From positions 1 to 64,000 of IMG/VR virus record IMGVR_UViG_3300008267_009160: a stretch of 64,000 nucleotides of DNA; one strand, given 5' to 3'. Below the pieces are notes generated by a model. The model made no database searches, was not told the origin of the DNA, and saw nothing but the letters and a program-made list of their open reading frames with translations. Shown one piece after another: positions 1 through 9,769 of this stretch. Position numbers and translations under genes: made by a program. Within the stretch, counting starts at the first letter, position 1. Each line of letters starts with the position of its first letter. The DNA comes from an uncultured virus (IMG/VR IMGVR_UViG_3300008267_009160) (taxonomy: Duplodnaviria > Heunggongvirae > Uroviricota > Caudoviricetes).

Positions 1-345
1 TTCTTCTTCTAACGGATCTCCATCTTCGAATGCCATATCCAATTTACCTTCTTTAGCCATTGCTCGTAAATGACTTCTTAACGGCTGCTGGTAGTGTACC
101 CATTCGTGAATCATAGTATCGATGATATCCATTATCGTCTTATTCTTATCTTTGCTTACGAAGATCGTATTTTCTATCCAATCATACTCTCCGTAAATTC
201 CTTCAGTAAGGTAGTCTTCTTTTCGATACTGCAAGTCCGGATATGGTCCGTTTATCTTGCTCCTCCCGTAATTAGATACACACCACCAATACACTTTTTC
301 GACATCTGCTCTAGTTGGCTTGCTCTGTTTAGTTCTCTTCTTCAT
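1..345 (-). CDS. HExxH zinc metallopeptidase-like protein, 3' end beyond window start
   Basis: Hand-translated (not in ORF track): MKKRTKQSKPTRADVEKVYWWCVSNYGRS...IDTMIHEWVHYQQ...DPLEEE; ATG at 345, open to base 1. Confidence 0.7.
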   Translation of the reverse strand, partial: MKKRTKQSKPTRADVEKVYWWCVSNYGRSKINGPYPDLQYRKEDYLTEGIYGEYDWIENTIFVSKDKNKTIMDIIDTMIHEWVHYQQPLRSHLRAMAKEGKLDMAFEDGDPLEEE

Positions 346-438
346 AGTTATACCTTTTACGTGGTTAAAGATACAACCTATTTCTTAGAGTTAAAACTAT
401 CCTCTGCTCCTAGCAGCAATTATAAATATAGAACTGCT

Positions 439-858
439 TTACTTTTCGTTGAGAACTTCTTTAAGAGGCTTAGTCCATCCACCGTACTGTGAGGTAGCAA
501 TCCAGCCTGTTTCGGGATCGTAAAGGTAGTTGAACTCCTCGGCGATCTTGTTACTGTAAAACTCTTCCAGGGTAGTGGTCTTAGCTTCTGAGTTTTTCTC
601 GTTTCGATCTCGTCCGTAGAAGACGCAAACATCTTCTTGAGGATCATCAAAGGTATGAGTAGCGTCTGAAGAAGCGGTGATCTTCTCGTTTAAGGAACTA
701 AGGTCTCCTAGTTCTAAAATCTGATCGATCAATTCTGGATCGGTATAATACTCTTGTAAGAGTACTCCGTTATGTTCAGGGTATCCGTCCCAGTGACAGT
801 ATACAGAGGTTACTGAACCATCAGAATTTAACTTGCCAATTCGTGAACGTGTTGCCAT
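439..858 (-). CDS. conserved phage hypothetical protein
   Basis: MATRSRIG...SVYCHWDGYP motif, typical of an uncharacterised phage family. Confidence 0.75.
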   Translation of the reverse strand: MATRSRIGKLNSDGSVTSVYCHWDGYPEHNGVLLQEYYTDPELIDQILELGDLSSLNEKITASSDATHTFDDPQEDVCVFYGRDRNEKNSEAKTTTLEEFYSNKIAEEFNYLYDPETGWIATSQYGGWTKPLKEVLNEK

Positions 859-883
859 GTGTTTATATATTTTTGGTTAGGAA

Positions 884-1732
884 TTAAGAACGGGAGTAGG
901 TTACTTGCTCCCGTGTGATGTTGAATGCGAGTCTTTCGCCAGCAGTTCCGAGACGGTTCTTACTGAACTCCATTATGCAACGATTCTCTTCTCTATCGCG
1001 AGACATTTCGAGCATTGCGGAAGTCATATGCTTAAGACGGTTGCTTCCTAAGAAGTCTCCGTTCTTAGTTACTTGCTGAATAATCAGGAAGCAGGTATAT
1101 AGGCTAGCTTGGTTGTAGCCTTCGTTATGCTTTTCCATAAGATCTAAAATCCAGCTCTCAGCTTGAGACTTAGACATTCCGGAGTAATCCTGAACGGTAC
1201 GGCACACCTCAGCCCAAGAGTCTATGAGCACAAGATCGTAACCGTTCTGCAAGATTCGTTCGATAGCTACAACAGGATTCGTCTTAGCATAGTCGGCCAG
1301 GAATAGGATATCCAGGTCAGCGAAAGCAGGGAAACGTTTACAGTAGCGGAACATATCTATTCGGCCCATCTCTCCGGAGATGAATAGAACTTTCTTACCA
1401 GATCGCTTCGCACGATCTACAAAGTCAAGACCTACAGTCGACTTACCTACACCGGGACTACCGATAAGGATTACGTTTGTAGCGGGCATAAAGCCGCCTT
1501 CGGAGGAAATAAACTGGTCAAGATTCTTATTACCAGTTCTGATTGGAGAGAAGATTTGCTGATCAAAATTTAGATCTTTAATCCTAACGGTGTTTACATC
1601 GAAGGTACCGTAGTTAGTTTCCATTTTAGGAACTGAAGGATTGTTGCTGATTAGTCCGAGAGTCTTTGCTCGAACATAACCTACCATCTTACCCGTAGCA
1701 GGGTTCAGGAATTTTTGTTGTGTTAGATTCAT
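884..1732 (-). CDS. RadA/Sms-like RecA-superfamily ATPase
   Basis: Walker A GSPGVGKS, ISGEM, Walker B LVLIDS, QVTKNGDFLGSNRLKHM, SKNRLG; no Zn finger or Lon domain. Confidence 0.8.
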   Translation of the reverse strand: MNLTQQKFLNPATGKMVGYVRAKTLGLISNNPSVPKMETNYGTFDVNTVRIKDLNFDQQIFSPIRTGNKNLDQFISSEGGFMPATNVILIGSPGVGKSTVGLDFVDRAKRSGKKVLFISGEMGRIDMFRYCKRFPAFADLDILFLADYAKTNPVVAIERILQNGYDLVLIDSWAEVCRTVQDYSGMSKSQAESWILDLMEKHNEGYNQASLYTCFLIIQQVTKNGDFLGSNRLKHMTSAMLEMSRDREENRCIMEFSKNRLGTAGERLAFNITREQVTYSRS

Positions 1733-1766
1733 AACCTATTATTGTTTTACTTTTGACTGATATAAC

Positions 1767-1800
1767 TAAAGATAGATACTTTTTTTCAGACTAGCAACTT
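1767..1800 (-). promoter_or_regulatory. Bacteroidota-type -33/-7 promoter
   Basis: Minus strand AAGTTG-N20-TATCTTTA; near-duplicate at about 1847-1880. Confidence 0.65.
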
Positions 1801-1896
1801 TTTGTTGATCTTTTTTTTCTATCTTTTGCTTTCTCATTAATATACCGAAAGATAGGAACTATTTTTCAGACTAGCAACTTTTTTTCAAACAAAAAA

Positions 1897-1951
1897 TAAC
1901 CCACTGAGAATCAATGAGTTATACCTAACTACTTGAGAATCAATGAGTTAT
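1897..1951. repeat. tandem 18-bp direct repeat within imperfect palindromes
   Basis: tgagaatcaatgagttat at 1905-1922 and 1934-1951, each preceded by a TAAC-starting half-site. Confidence 0.75.
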
Positions 1952-2238
1952 GATTTCTTAAATTTTCCCTTGGTTTGAGGGCCAAATTCTTCAACCGATA
2001 TAGGTCCGTATGGGAACTTTTTTAGGTCGTATGTCCATCGACTATCTACGTTTCCTTCTTCGTCTTTGTATAGGACTACAAACTTTGTTTCTTTCTGAAA
2101 CTTTTCTTCTTTGGCTTCTCGAGGACCTCTTCTACTAGCTAGTACCTGTTCTACTTTTTGAGATATATCTTGCTCGGGGAGAGCATTATTGGTTTTGCCG
2201 TAGAGTTGTTTTTTCTTTTCCTTACTTGCCTTTGACAT
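1948..2238 (-). CDS. hypothetical protein
   Basis: 96-aa ORF co-oriented with and packed against neighbours. Confidence 0.65.
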   Translation of the reverse strand: MSKASKEKKKQLYGKTNNALPEQDISQKVEQVLASRRGPREAKEEKFQKETKFVVLYKDEEGNVDSRWTYDLKKFPYGPISVEEFGPQTKGKFKKS

Positions 2239-2473
2239 TCTTTGCTCCCTTTACTGCTGGTTTTTTAGTGCTCTTGTTCGCCGGAGCTTTCTTTGCAGTA
2301 GATTTCTTTTCAGATTTGATAGCAGGTAATGCGCTTGCACCTGCAGTCGGAGTGACTACCGGGAAGTTAGTCATTTCAAAATCGATCTTGTCAGATTCAA
2401 CGGGGAGGATTTCTTCGGCAACAGCTTCTTTGTTTCCTGTAAACCAGCTCTTAAGTTTTTTTAAAAGGCTCAT
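2222..2473 (-). CDS. hypothetical protein with Lys/Ala-rich histone-like tail
   Basis: Likely start MSLLKKLKSWF (ATG 2473); tail KKSTAKKAPANKSTKKPAVK. Confidence 0.6.
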   Translation of the reverse strand: MSLLKKLKSWFTGNKEAVAEEILPVESDKIDFEMTNFPVVTPTAGASALPAIKSEKKSTAKKAPANKSTKKPAVKGAKNVKGK

Positions 2474-2549
2474 TGTGTTTTGTTTTGCGTTTTGGATTGT
2501 GAAATTGTTTATGATAAAAATACTATACTCTTCTTCGGTAAATGGTCTT

Positions 2550-2708
2550 TTAAGGAGTCCCATTTCTTTTATCTAGTTTGTTATAAATAGTTTGTTTTTT
2601 ACTACCAAGCTCTTTTAATTTAGCGAATCTACTGTCCGCTTTTAAGATCTTATTAGCTACTTTCTCTAACGCTTTTCTCTTTAGGGAGTCTTTCTTTTCT
2701 TCTTTCAT
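2550..2708 (-). CDS. possible small basic protein (52 aa)
   Basis: Hand-translated MKEEKKDSLKRKALEKVANKILKADSRFAKLKELGSKKQTIYNKLDKRNGTP; fills the gap between neighbours. Confidence 0.35.
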   Translation of the reverse strand: MKEEKKDSLKRKALEKVANKILKADSRFAKLKELGSKKQTIYNKLDKRNGTP

Positions 2709-2862
2709 CTACTAGTCTTTGAATTGCTGGTGTTAAATATCTGTTCCATGGGTTGGTATCTAACTCTACCTTTACTCTCGGTAACCTTGGATATTTAATC
2801 TTGTCTTGAAACCTTTCTTTGTAACCTGCTATTTTATTAGTTTGCATAAGCTGATCTTTCAC
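2653..2862 (-). CDS. hypothetical protein
   Basis: 69-aa ORF in operon-like run. Confidence 0.5.
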   Translation of the reverse strand: MKDQLMQTNKIAGYKERFQDKIKYPRLPRVKVELDTNPWNRYLTPAIQRLVDERRKERLPKEKSVRESS

Positions 2863-3097
2863 ATAGAATTGATTTCCACTCTTTACAGGTTCCGATTATG
2901 GCTGTAATGCTATGCGGTATAGCTTCTTTATCTAACAGCCTAAGTATCAGAGTCTGCATAGTCTTTCTCCTATCAACATGAAGTAGAGGATCAATTCCAG
3001 CTGGCACATACCTGTCAACAAGCTCACTGACTATTAGTTCAGTATCCTTATCTACTTTCATTTTAACCAAATTAGGCTTTTTTTGGCTTTTCAACAA
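2837..3097 (-). CDS. hypothetical protein
   Basis: 86-aa ORF; true start may be MKVDKD. Confidence 0.55.
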   Translation of the reverse strand: MLKSQKKPNLVKMKVDKDTELIVSELVDRYVPAGIDPLLHVDRRKTMQTLILRLLDKEAIPHSITAIIGTCKEWKSILCERSAYAN

Positions 3098-3392
3098 CTT
3101 GTTCTAGCTCCTTAATTAATCCTTGAATCTGGCTACACCTTTCATACATTTCATTTTCACTAAAAACTTCTAAGCATTTTGTTAGAGCAAAGCTCCATTG
3201 ATCTTTTTCAAGTTTAAACTTATATACGTTCAAAGGATCCTCTCTAAGCTGTACATCAAATACATTTACTGTCTTATACTTTTTAGTCATCCCTCTTTTT
3301 ATAGAAGCATATATTACTTCTGTTATCTCTAAGTCATTAGATTCTAACTTAGCTTTAAATTCACTTAAGGTACTTACAGCTATTTGTTTCAT
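3072..3392 (-). CDS. hypothetical protein with C-terminal UVR-like motif
   Basis: ENEMYERCSQIQGLIKEL; resembles 6386..6769. Confidence 0.65.
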   Translation of the reverse strand: MKQIAVSTLSEFKAKLESNDLEITEVIYASIKRGMTKKYKTVNVFDVQLREDPLNVYKFKLEKDQWSFALTKCLEVFSENEMYERCSQIQGLIKELEQVVEKPKKA

Positions 3393-3396
3393 TTAA

Positions 3397-4413
3397 TTAT
3401 TTTAATTGTTCAAGGATACTTGTCATATACTTCAACCAAGGCTCTTTAATAAATAGCTCCCTAGCAGTAGTATAAGCCTGTTTACTGCAGTACGCCCAAT
3501 ACTCCTCGTCTGCCCATAAATCGTAAGCTTTGTTACTTCCGGCGGGTACATCGTCTGCAGCGACACTTAGTTCTGGATGGCATAAACGTTGAGTGTCAAC
3601 TTGTTCGTTACCTATTACTGGTATTCCTAGGTATGCACAGTTGAGGGAAAAGGTTCCAGCTGCAACTGTAGGCATCATATGAACTCCTATTTTAAAGGTA
3701 GAAAGTTCTTTCATCCAATCTATCCACGACAGATAGGGAAGGTGTTTAACTAGGATTTCTTCTCCAGGTCTTTTATTGTGCATAGAAGGTACCCAAGCCT
3801 CGTATCCTTTGTCAATTAAGTACTTAGATACTTTGTAGCTTTTCATACCTCCATACCACCTACAGAAGTTTCCTCCTATTATGAGCTTCTTCTCACGAAT
3901 AGGAACTTTATCGACAATCTGTTTTACACTGTCTTCTATGAGGAGAGTTCTCATAACAGCTACTTGTTTACCGTAGACCGAGTAGTATGCCTTGTCTGCT
4001 TCATTGTGGCAGAAAATAGCATCACTTTGATCTAATATAATCTCATGGTATATTTGTTCTGTTAGACTGTAGTCTTCCGGGAACCAACTTGGCCCTTCTT
4101 GAACGAAACATACTTTACCGTTCTGGCTCTTAAGTGTTGGAATAATTTTGTCTAGAGTTCCACTACTGCAGAACATATTATACAACCTAGGCGGCTGTGT
4201 ATTAGACAGTGTTAGCCCTTCAGCATTTAACTCAACATTTCCTTTAGGCCAGATTATAAAGACAAAATCAAACCCGGAGACGCTTTTGTAATTAAAGAGA
4301 GAGAAGTGTTCTGCGTCTAAGGCATGCATCCAGGCAAACTCAGTTCGCATATTAGGGTAGTTTGCAGGAATCTTACCTGTCATGCCCATTTCGGTTAGGA
4401 AAGCAATTTTCAT
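3397..4413 (-). CDS. glycosyltransferase-like protein (GT-B type)
   Basis: C-terminal AAGTFSLNCAYLGIPVIG; sugar-gene context. Confidence 0.6.
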   Translation of the reverse strand: MKIAFLTEMGMTGKIPANYPNMRTEFAWMHALDAEHFSLFNYKSVSGFDFVFIIWPKGNVELNAEGLTLSNTQPPRLYNMFCSSGTLDKIIPTLKSQNGKVCFVQEGPSWFPEDYSLTEQIYHEIILDQSDAIFCHNEADKAYYSVYGKQVAVMRTLLIEDSVKQIVDKVPIREKKLIIGGNFCRWYGGMKSYKVSKYLIDKGYEAWVPSMHNKRPGEEILVKHLPYLSWIDWMKELSTFKIGVHMMPTVAAGTFSLNCAYLGIPVIGNEQVDTQRLCHPELSVAADDVPAGSNKAYDLWADEEYWAYCSKQAYTTARELFIKEPWLKYMTSILEQLK

Positions 4414-5343
4414 TTATACAACCTGTTTCGTGATCAAATATTCGTATGTATGTTTAACTGCAGCTTCAAACGGTGTTAGTTTGAAATTAGGGAATACTTG
4501 TTTTAATTTTTCGTTACTAGCATCTTTTCTGTACTGCCCATCTAAATCTCCGGAGTATCTAATTTCAAAATGTTCTAATCCTAAAGCTTTTAACGTAGCT
4601 AATGTTAGTTCGTTTATAGATAAAACTTCCGAGGGGCATACGTTAAGGTTAGTATAGGTGTTAGTCTCTATCATCTCTACTATTAGCCTAGCTAAATCTT
4701 TTGCATACATAAACTGTCTAAGAGGCTTACCTGTTCCTAGTAATTCAATATAAGACCTGCCTTCTTTTTGAGCAACTATAATTTTTTTCAACAAAGCGCT
4801 TACAAAATGACTTCCTTTATCGTCGTACTTATCGTATTCGCCGAAAAGGTTACACGGTGTAAGGTAGCAGTAATTACTGTTGTTATTCGTAGCATTGATT
4901 ACATCTACGTGGACTCCCATAACCCTCTTTGCATATCCGTATCCGTAGTTGGTAGGAGTCGGAGGTCCGAAATGTAGATCTTCTTCTTTCATAGGGTATT
5001 GAAACTCTTCTATACGGTCAAAGTTATCCGGGAATACACAAGTACTGAGAGCTGTGATAAAATTGTTTACTTTAAATTCTCGACAAGCTCTGACAATGTT
5101 AAAGTTCATCATTAAGTTATCTTCGAAATAAACCAGCGGTCTTTCAATATTATCTCGAATACCTCCCACTACTGCAGCTAAGTGTATTACAATTTCCGGC
5201 TTGTACGACTGTACGTAGCTGTAAGTATGAGAAGGATTTAATAAATTAAGCTGATGTGAGGAGGGGTAATCTGCTTGTGGGAGTAGTTCTCTTAAGTACT
5301 TACCTACCATACCACTTCCGCCTGTAACTAGTATTCTTTTCAT
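4414..5343 (-). CDS. fcl: GDP-L-fucose synthase / GDP-colitose synthase-like epimerase-reductase
   Basis: TGGSGMVG, HLAAVVGGI, LSTCVFP, YGYAKR, PCNLFG, GTGKPLRQFMY. Confidence 0.88.
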   Translation of the reverse strand: MKRILVTGGSGMVGKYLRELLPQADYPSSHQLNLLNPSHTYSYVQSYKPEIVIHLAAVVGGIRDNIERPLVYFEDNLMMNFNIVRACREFKVNNFITALSTCVFPDNFDRIEEFQYPMKEEDLHFGPPTPTNYGYGYAKRVMGVHVDVINATNNNSNYCYLTPCNLFGEYDKYDDKGSHFVSALLKKIIVAQKEGRSYIELLGTGKPLRQFMYAKDLARLIVEMIETNTYTNLNVCPSEVLSINELTLATLKALGLEHFEIRYSGDLDGQYRKDASNEKLKQVFPNFKLTPFEAAVKHTYEYLITKQVV

Positions 5344-5345
5344 AT

Positions 5346-5975
5346 TTAGTATCTTGATATAAATTCAGATCCATCTCGATCAGGATCTGCTGTATATTGA
5401 TTAATCCTATCTAAAACATCTCTATCTAAATCCCAATCTACGGGAACTGTTTTATGCTTAGCTGCTCCAAAATCTTCTAGAAGTCTCTGCTCTCGACTTG
5501 TAAATATATCTCCTACGTGAAGATAGTAGCAATTGTAGCAAAGTAATTCTAAATTCTCCAATCGCCAATCACTCTTAATACCGCTCTTAAAATTTAAAAG
5601 CAAAGGTACTTTAAAGTCTATAACTCTCTTTTCGTTAAAGCCACATTTACAACATTCATTAGATAGGTATCCCTCTACTAGTAGTCGATGCTTTAGCTTA
5701 TTAATATTGTAGGACTCTATACTCATACCTTCCTGAAGTAATTTATGAAGGTGAGGTTCTTTAGAAAGAGAGTTAAATTTAGGAATACCTTTACCGGCTT
5801 TATTCTTATGAAGATCAAATAAAGTTAATCCAGATTTTTCATCTCTATACAATTTAGAGTAAAGTCTATAGGTAGGAAAAGAAACATTCAAGAATCTTGC
5901 TGCACCGCGATTACTTTGAGTACGAGACATTGCGTACCTGATCTGCTGTTCAGTCAAAAGTACTGCTTTCGGCAT
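5346..5975 (-). CDS. HTH plus HNH-like/Zn-binding protein
   Basis: N-terminal SNRGAARFLNVSFPTY; CCKCG...LENLELLCYNC. Confidence 0.6.
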   Translation of the reverse strand: MPKAVLLTEQQIRYAMSRTQSNRGAARFLNVSFPTYRLYSKLYRDEKSGLTLFDLHKNKAGKGIPKFNSLSKEPHLHKLLQEGMSIESYNINKLKHRLLVEGYLSNECCKCGFNEKRVIDFKVPLLLNFKSGIKSDWRLENLELLCYNCYYLHVGDIFTSREQRLLEDFGAAKHKTVPVDWDLDRDVLDRINQYTADPDRDGSEFISRY

Positions 5976-5976
5976 A

Positions 5977-6396
5977 TCACTTTTCTAATTTAGGATTGAC
6001 TCTTAACATCAGGTTCCATAGATCGAGAGGAGTCTCTAGAGTAATCTCGTTTCCGTCCGTACCTATTAATGTGTTTAAGCTCTGGTCTGGGTTTGTTCTC
6101 TCCCAGAGATAAAATGTTATTAATTCAAAGCATTCTTTTCCATATTTAGCTAGTAGTAGCATATCTATAATTTCAAGAAAGCCTTCATCGTAGGTTCCGA
6201 AATCTACTTTTAAATCTGCATATAGTAGAGTGCTGCGGGTTGATACAGCTTCTAAGTGTTGTATTACTTGCAGGAAAAGTTCTCTTTGTTTATCAAATTC
6301 TTTCTTCGTTCTGCGCTTTAAGTTGGAATTTACATTCAAAATTTGATCTACTGCTTGTCTAACTATCTCTAACCCTTTTTGTTCATTACTGTCCAT
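5977..6396 (-). CDS. hypothetical protein
   Basis: 139-aa ORF with tight junctions to neighbours. Confidence 0.7.
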   Translation of the reverse strand: MDSNEQKGLEIVRQAVDQILNVNSNLKRRTKKEFDKQRELFLQVIQHLEAVSTRSTLLYADLKVDFGTYDEGFLEIIDMLLLAKYGKECFELITFYLWERTNPDQSLNTLIGTDGNEITLETPLDLWNLMLRVNPKLEK

Positions 6397-6769
6397 TCCT
6401 TTTACTTTTAGAACTTTTATTTCGGATTGTTGTAGGTATCTTATTGTACTGGTCTAGCTTTGAAAGTACTTCTTTTATCTCTATACATTTCTCAAAATCT
6501 TCTTCATCTGTATAGTACTCCATGCATGCATTTAAAGCATTCTTCCAAAACTTATAAGGTATTTCAATACAGTACCCGGAGTTATTAACCTCCATTATGG
6601 TTGCATCTTGCTTATTAGTCTCAATAGCTCTCTGTATACCTTTAGGAGTTTCTTTACGTACCAAGTCTAAAATTGGTTCATACTCCATTAACTCTTCTAC
6701 ACTAATCCCTTTTAGTGGAGTTATAACCAAGTTAGGTACTTTATTATTTAGCCCTACTCTTTTTTTCAT
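6386..6769 (-). CDS. hypothetical protein with UVR-like motif
   Basis: EEDFEKCIEIKEVL; resembles 3072..3392. Confidence 0.65.
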   Translation of the reverse strand: MKKRVGLNNKVPNLVITPLKGISVEELMEYEPILDLVRKETPKGIQRAIETNKQDATIMEVNNSGYCIEIPYKFWKNALNACMEYYTDEEDFEKCIEIKEVLSKLDQYNKIPTTIRNKSSKSKRNGQ

Positions 6770-6770
6770 A

Positions 6771-7100
6771 TTAAGCTCCTTTAATGACTCTGTTCATTAC
6801 AAAGTTAGCGATCGAGGCTAAAGGTAGCATAAAACCGATAACCGTTGGATCTTGAACTTCAGTGTCTCTATCTATTTGCAATCCCTGCTCGGCAAATTTC
6901 TTCTGTAGAATTACAGCTATCTTATTTGCTAGATCATTTAGCTTTCTAATATCTAACTGCTGCTCTGATTGAGGGTAGAATCTAATCTTAACTCCTCTCT
7001 TAGTTTCGTTGATATTAGTATCAAATTGAACTGCGAAAGATACTCCTTCGAGTTTAACTTTATACTGCGGTTTTGGAATTATAGCGGCTTCTTTAATCAT
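6771..7100 (-). CDS. hypothetical protein
   Basis: Likely start MIKEAA at 7100, just after a TATTTATTA motif. Confidence 0.65.
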   Translation of the reverse strand: MIKEAAIIPKPQYKVKLEGVSFAVQFDTNINETKRGVKIRFYPQSEQQLDIRKLNDLANKIAVILQKKFAEQGLQIDRDTEVQDPTVIGFMLPLASIANFVMNRVIKGA

Positions 7101-7117
7101 CGTTTTATAATAAATAT

Positions 7118-8332
7118 CTAGAAAATATTTTTGAACCAAGGTTGAATCATTTCTCGAGAATCAAGACTATCTACTCTTATGATAAATCTATCCCAATTAT
7201 AAACTCCGGGTTCTGCGGTTTGTTCAATTACAAAGGGTATATTCTGAATAAAATCAGTATAGTGTCTAGGGGTGAAAGAAGTTCCGTCGAATAGTATCGT
7301 TATAGCTGTTTTAGGAAGTCCGCTGCCAAGTTCGTGAAACTTACCGCTTAGATCAAACAAAGTCTTTTTTTGTTCAGAGACTAAATACTCCTCGTATGAG
7401 CAATCCACCCACATTTCATCACACCACGGTTCTAATAAATATATAAGCTCTTGATCACAGTTGGTAATTATAAAAGCAGTTTCATACCTCTTAGTTACAA
7501 TAGGGAGCAACTCTTCGTTATGTAGGACATTAATCTTCCACTTCCTCCACCACTCTCTAAATTTATTCTTTCTAAGCTGAGTATACTCTTCCGAGTCTTC
7601 TGGTTTAAGCCATACGTTTCCTTCTCCTAGATTTATTTTATTCTGTATCTTTACTCCATCTTTAAACCTACTTCCTCTACAAGTCATATGGTACACAAAA
7701 GCATCTCTAGCTTGTACAAATTTATATCCGGCTAAAAACATCCTATTAAAGAGATCCGAGTCTTCAAGCTCCATTGGAGCAAATAACTTATCATGACCTC
7801 CTATTTTTATAAAATCTTCTTTATACATAATCCACGGAGCAAAAACACCTTCGGTTATCCTTCCTTGCTCTTGCTCTGAAGTTTGTTTGGCAAAAACTTC
7901 AAACTCCTCGAATTTAAAATCTTCTGGTTCTAGTCCGAAATCCTTTACTATCTTTTCAGGTCCCGGTGGATGGAGGGGAGGTTCTATCCTAGTTAAAGAA
8001 ACAACAGTGCCTGGCTTTACATGCTTAGTAGCATTAATATAAGTTTCAGACATTACCATATCGGCATGAAATATAGCAAAGACTTCGTTAGAGCAAAGCT
8101 TAACTCCTTGATCATATAACACAGTATGTCCTACTCTCTCTTCTTCAAAGTTTCTATAAATCTCTACATTAGGATCTCTAGTCCTTATAACTTGTAGCCA
8201 CTCCCAGGTACCGTCTGTTGAAGCATCGTCTAGTAGTACTATCTGGCTGCTCCAATATTTTCGAATGCTATGATAGGCTTGTTTTAAATACTTAAGGTTA
8301 TTCCTACTTGGTATAATAAAGCTTATGTCCAT
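7118..8332 (-). CDS. glycosyltransferase family 2
   Basis: ISFIIPSRNN, LDDASTDGT, FHADM, EDSDL. Confidence 0.85.
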   Translation of the reverse strand: MDISFIIPSRNNLKYLKQAYHSIRKYWSSQIVLLDDASTDGTWEWLQVIRTRDPNVEIYRNFEEERVGHTVLYDQGVKLCSNEVFAIFHADMVMSETYINATKHVKPGTVVSLTRIEPPLHPPGPEKIVKDFGLEPEDFKFEEFEVFAKQTSEQEQGRITEGVFAPWIMYKEDFIKIGGHDKLFAPMELEDSDLFNRMFLAGYKFVQARDAFVYHMTCRGSRFKDGVKIQNKINLGEGNVWLKPEDSEEYTQLRKNKFREWWRKWKINVLHNEELLPIVTKRYETAFIITNCDQELIYLLEPWCDEMWVDCSYEEYLVSEQKKTLFDLSGKFHELGSGLPKTAITILFDGTSFTPRHYTDFIQNIPFVIEQTAEPGVYNWDRFIIRVDSLDSREMIQPWFKNIF

Positions 8333-8336
8333 ATAT

Positions 8337-8370
8337 TAAAGATATACTATTTTATTCTTATAACCAACTA
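8337..8370 (-). promoter_or_regulatory. Bacteroidota-type -33/-7 promoter
   Basis: TAGTTG-N20-TATCTTTA just upstream of ATG 8332. Confidence 0.6.
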
Positions 8371-9150
8371 TATCACTATCCAATCAGAGCAGTAAATATC
8401 TCTAGTATCCCAACTTGCATATGCTGGTCCAAACCATTTCTTAGGTGCTACAACAATCTTATTCTTATTCTCATTTAACCATGCTGCCCACCAGCTAAAT
8501 GTTGAGTTAACTATTATGTTATGGGTACAGCAGCTCATTAAAAGCAGGTCATCTGAGTCTTTATTTCCTTCTACAAAGAAGAAATTATCTCCTTGGAAAG
8601 TATACTTACACCACTCTATATCATCTGAGAAGATTAGATATTTTGTATCAGCAGGCATATTGCTCATTGCTTGATAATAGTATTCTAAAGGCTGAATAGG
8701 GTGGTGTTGCTGCCTGCTTAGGTAGTCTCCTCTTCTTACGTGTAGGGAGCATAGAGTCATACCTTCGTAATGCTTAAAAAGCTGCAGAGCTTCTTCTTTC
8801 TTAGTAGGTGTAAATAAATCTCTTATAAACTGCTCACAGTGTTTAAAGTATTTTTCACTTTGGAAATAACCGTCTAGCAGTATACTATTTTCGTAAACAG
8901 GTATTTCCTCATAATTAAAACTAGGTTCTTTATATCTTTGAAATTCTTGCAGAGGTAGGTTTACTGGGATTATTTTCTCGAAAAGATCTTCTCTATAAGT
9001 GTTAAAAGAATTATGTACAGGAAAAGTATCTTGTAGGGTTATTATAGGAGTATGTCCATTTTTAAGAGCATACCCGTATACAGCTGCTATCTGAAACATA
9101 AAGTTTCCTAATCCTCCTACTAGCTTAGTCGTTACTATTTTACTTGTCAT
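8368..9150 (-). CDS. alpha-1,2-fucosyltransferase family (GT11)
   Basis: GGLGNFMFQ, GYFQSEKYF, HVRRGDY, FSDDIEWC, NSTFSWWAAWL. Confidence 0.92.
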   Translation of the reverse strand: MTSKIVTTKLVGGLGNFMFQIAAVYGYALKNGHTPIITLQDTFPVHNSFNTYREDLFEKIIPVNLPLQEFQRYKEPSFNYEEIPVYENSILLDGYFQSEKYFKHCEQFIRDLFTPTKKEEALQLFKHYEGMTLCSLHVRRGDYLSRQQHHPIQPLEYYYQAMSNMPADTKYLIFSDDIEWCKYTFQGDNFFFVEGNKDSDDLLLMSCCTHNIIVNSTFSWWAAWLNENKNKIVVAPKKWFGPAYASWDTRDIYCSDWIVI

Positions 9151-9769
9151 AGTTTTTATTTTCCCAACATTCCCATATAAACTCGTATTCGTATCTTAGT
9201 TTAAATCCAAGAGATGTTAAACCTTGTTGTATTAAGTTTCTCCTTTCAGTACAGTTCTCTATAAAGCTATGAAACTGTACTTGTACAAATCTAAATCTTT
9301 TTAGAATATCACTTTGTATCCATTTTTCAAAAAGAGGATATTCTTCTCCTTCTATATTAACCTGTATTAGGTCGACTCTACCTATGTTGTACTTCTCTAA
9401 AAGAGCTTCTAAAGTTATACATTGAACATCATACTCTACTCCGAAAGAGCTATACGCTGTAGATGCATCTCCTGATGCATACAGTTTTATTACTTTAGGC
9501 TCGGTGCTTATTGCGATATTCTCTACAGAAATCTTTTCTTCGTAGTTTGGTATATTTGTAGTAAGTCTAGATACCATTCTGTTGTAAAAGCTAGGTATTG
9601 GCTCTACTGCTACAACTCTACAGTTATATCTTCGTACTATATTCTCTGTCCATAGCCCTTCGTATCCGCCTAACTCTAGAACTATAGAATTCTCAGTTAG
9701 AGGATAATCTAAGATGTGAGTATTGTCGCCATCACCCTTATTCCATTTCTTATGTGCTTCTGTTAACAT
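9140..9769 (-). CDS. FkbM-family SAM methyltransferase
   Basis: VLELGGYEG, AVEP, DLIQVNIEGEEY, QVQFH. Confidence 0.82.
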   Translation of the reverse strand: MLTEAHKKWNKGDGDNTHILDYPLTENSIVLELGGYEGLWTENIVRRYNCRVVAVEPIPSFYNRMVSRLTTNIPNYEEKISVENIAISTEPKVIKLYASGDASTAYSSFGVEYDVQCITLEALLEKYNIGRVDLIQVNIEGEEYPLFEKWIQSDILKRFRFVQVQFHSFIENCTERRNLIQQGLTSLGFKLRYEYEFIWECWENKNYDK

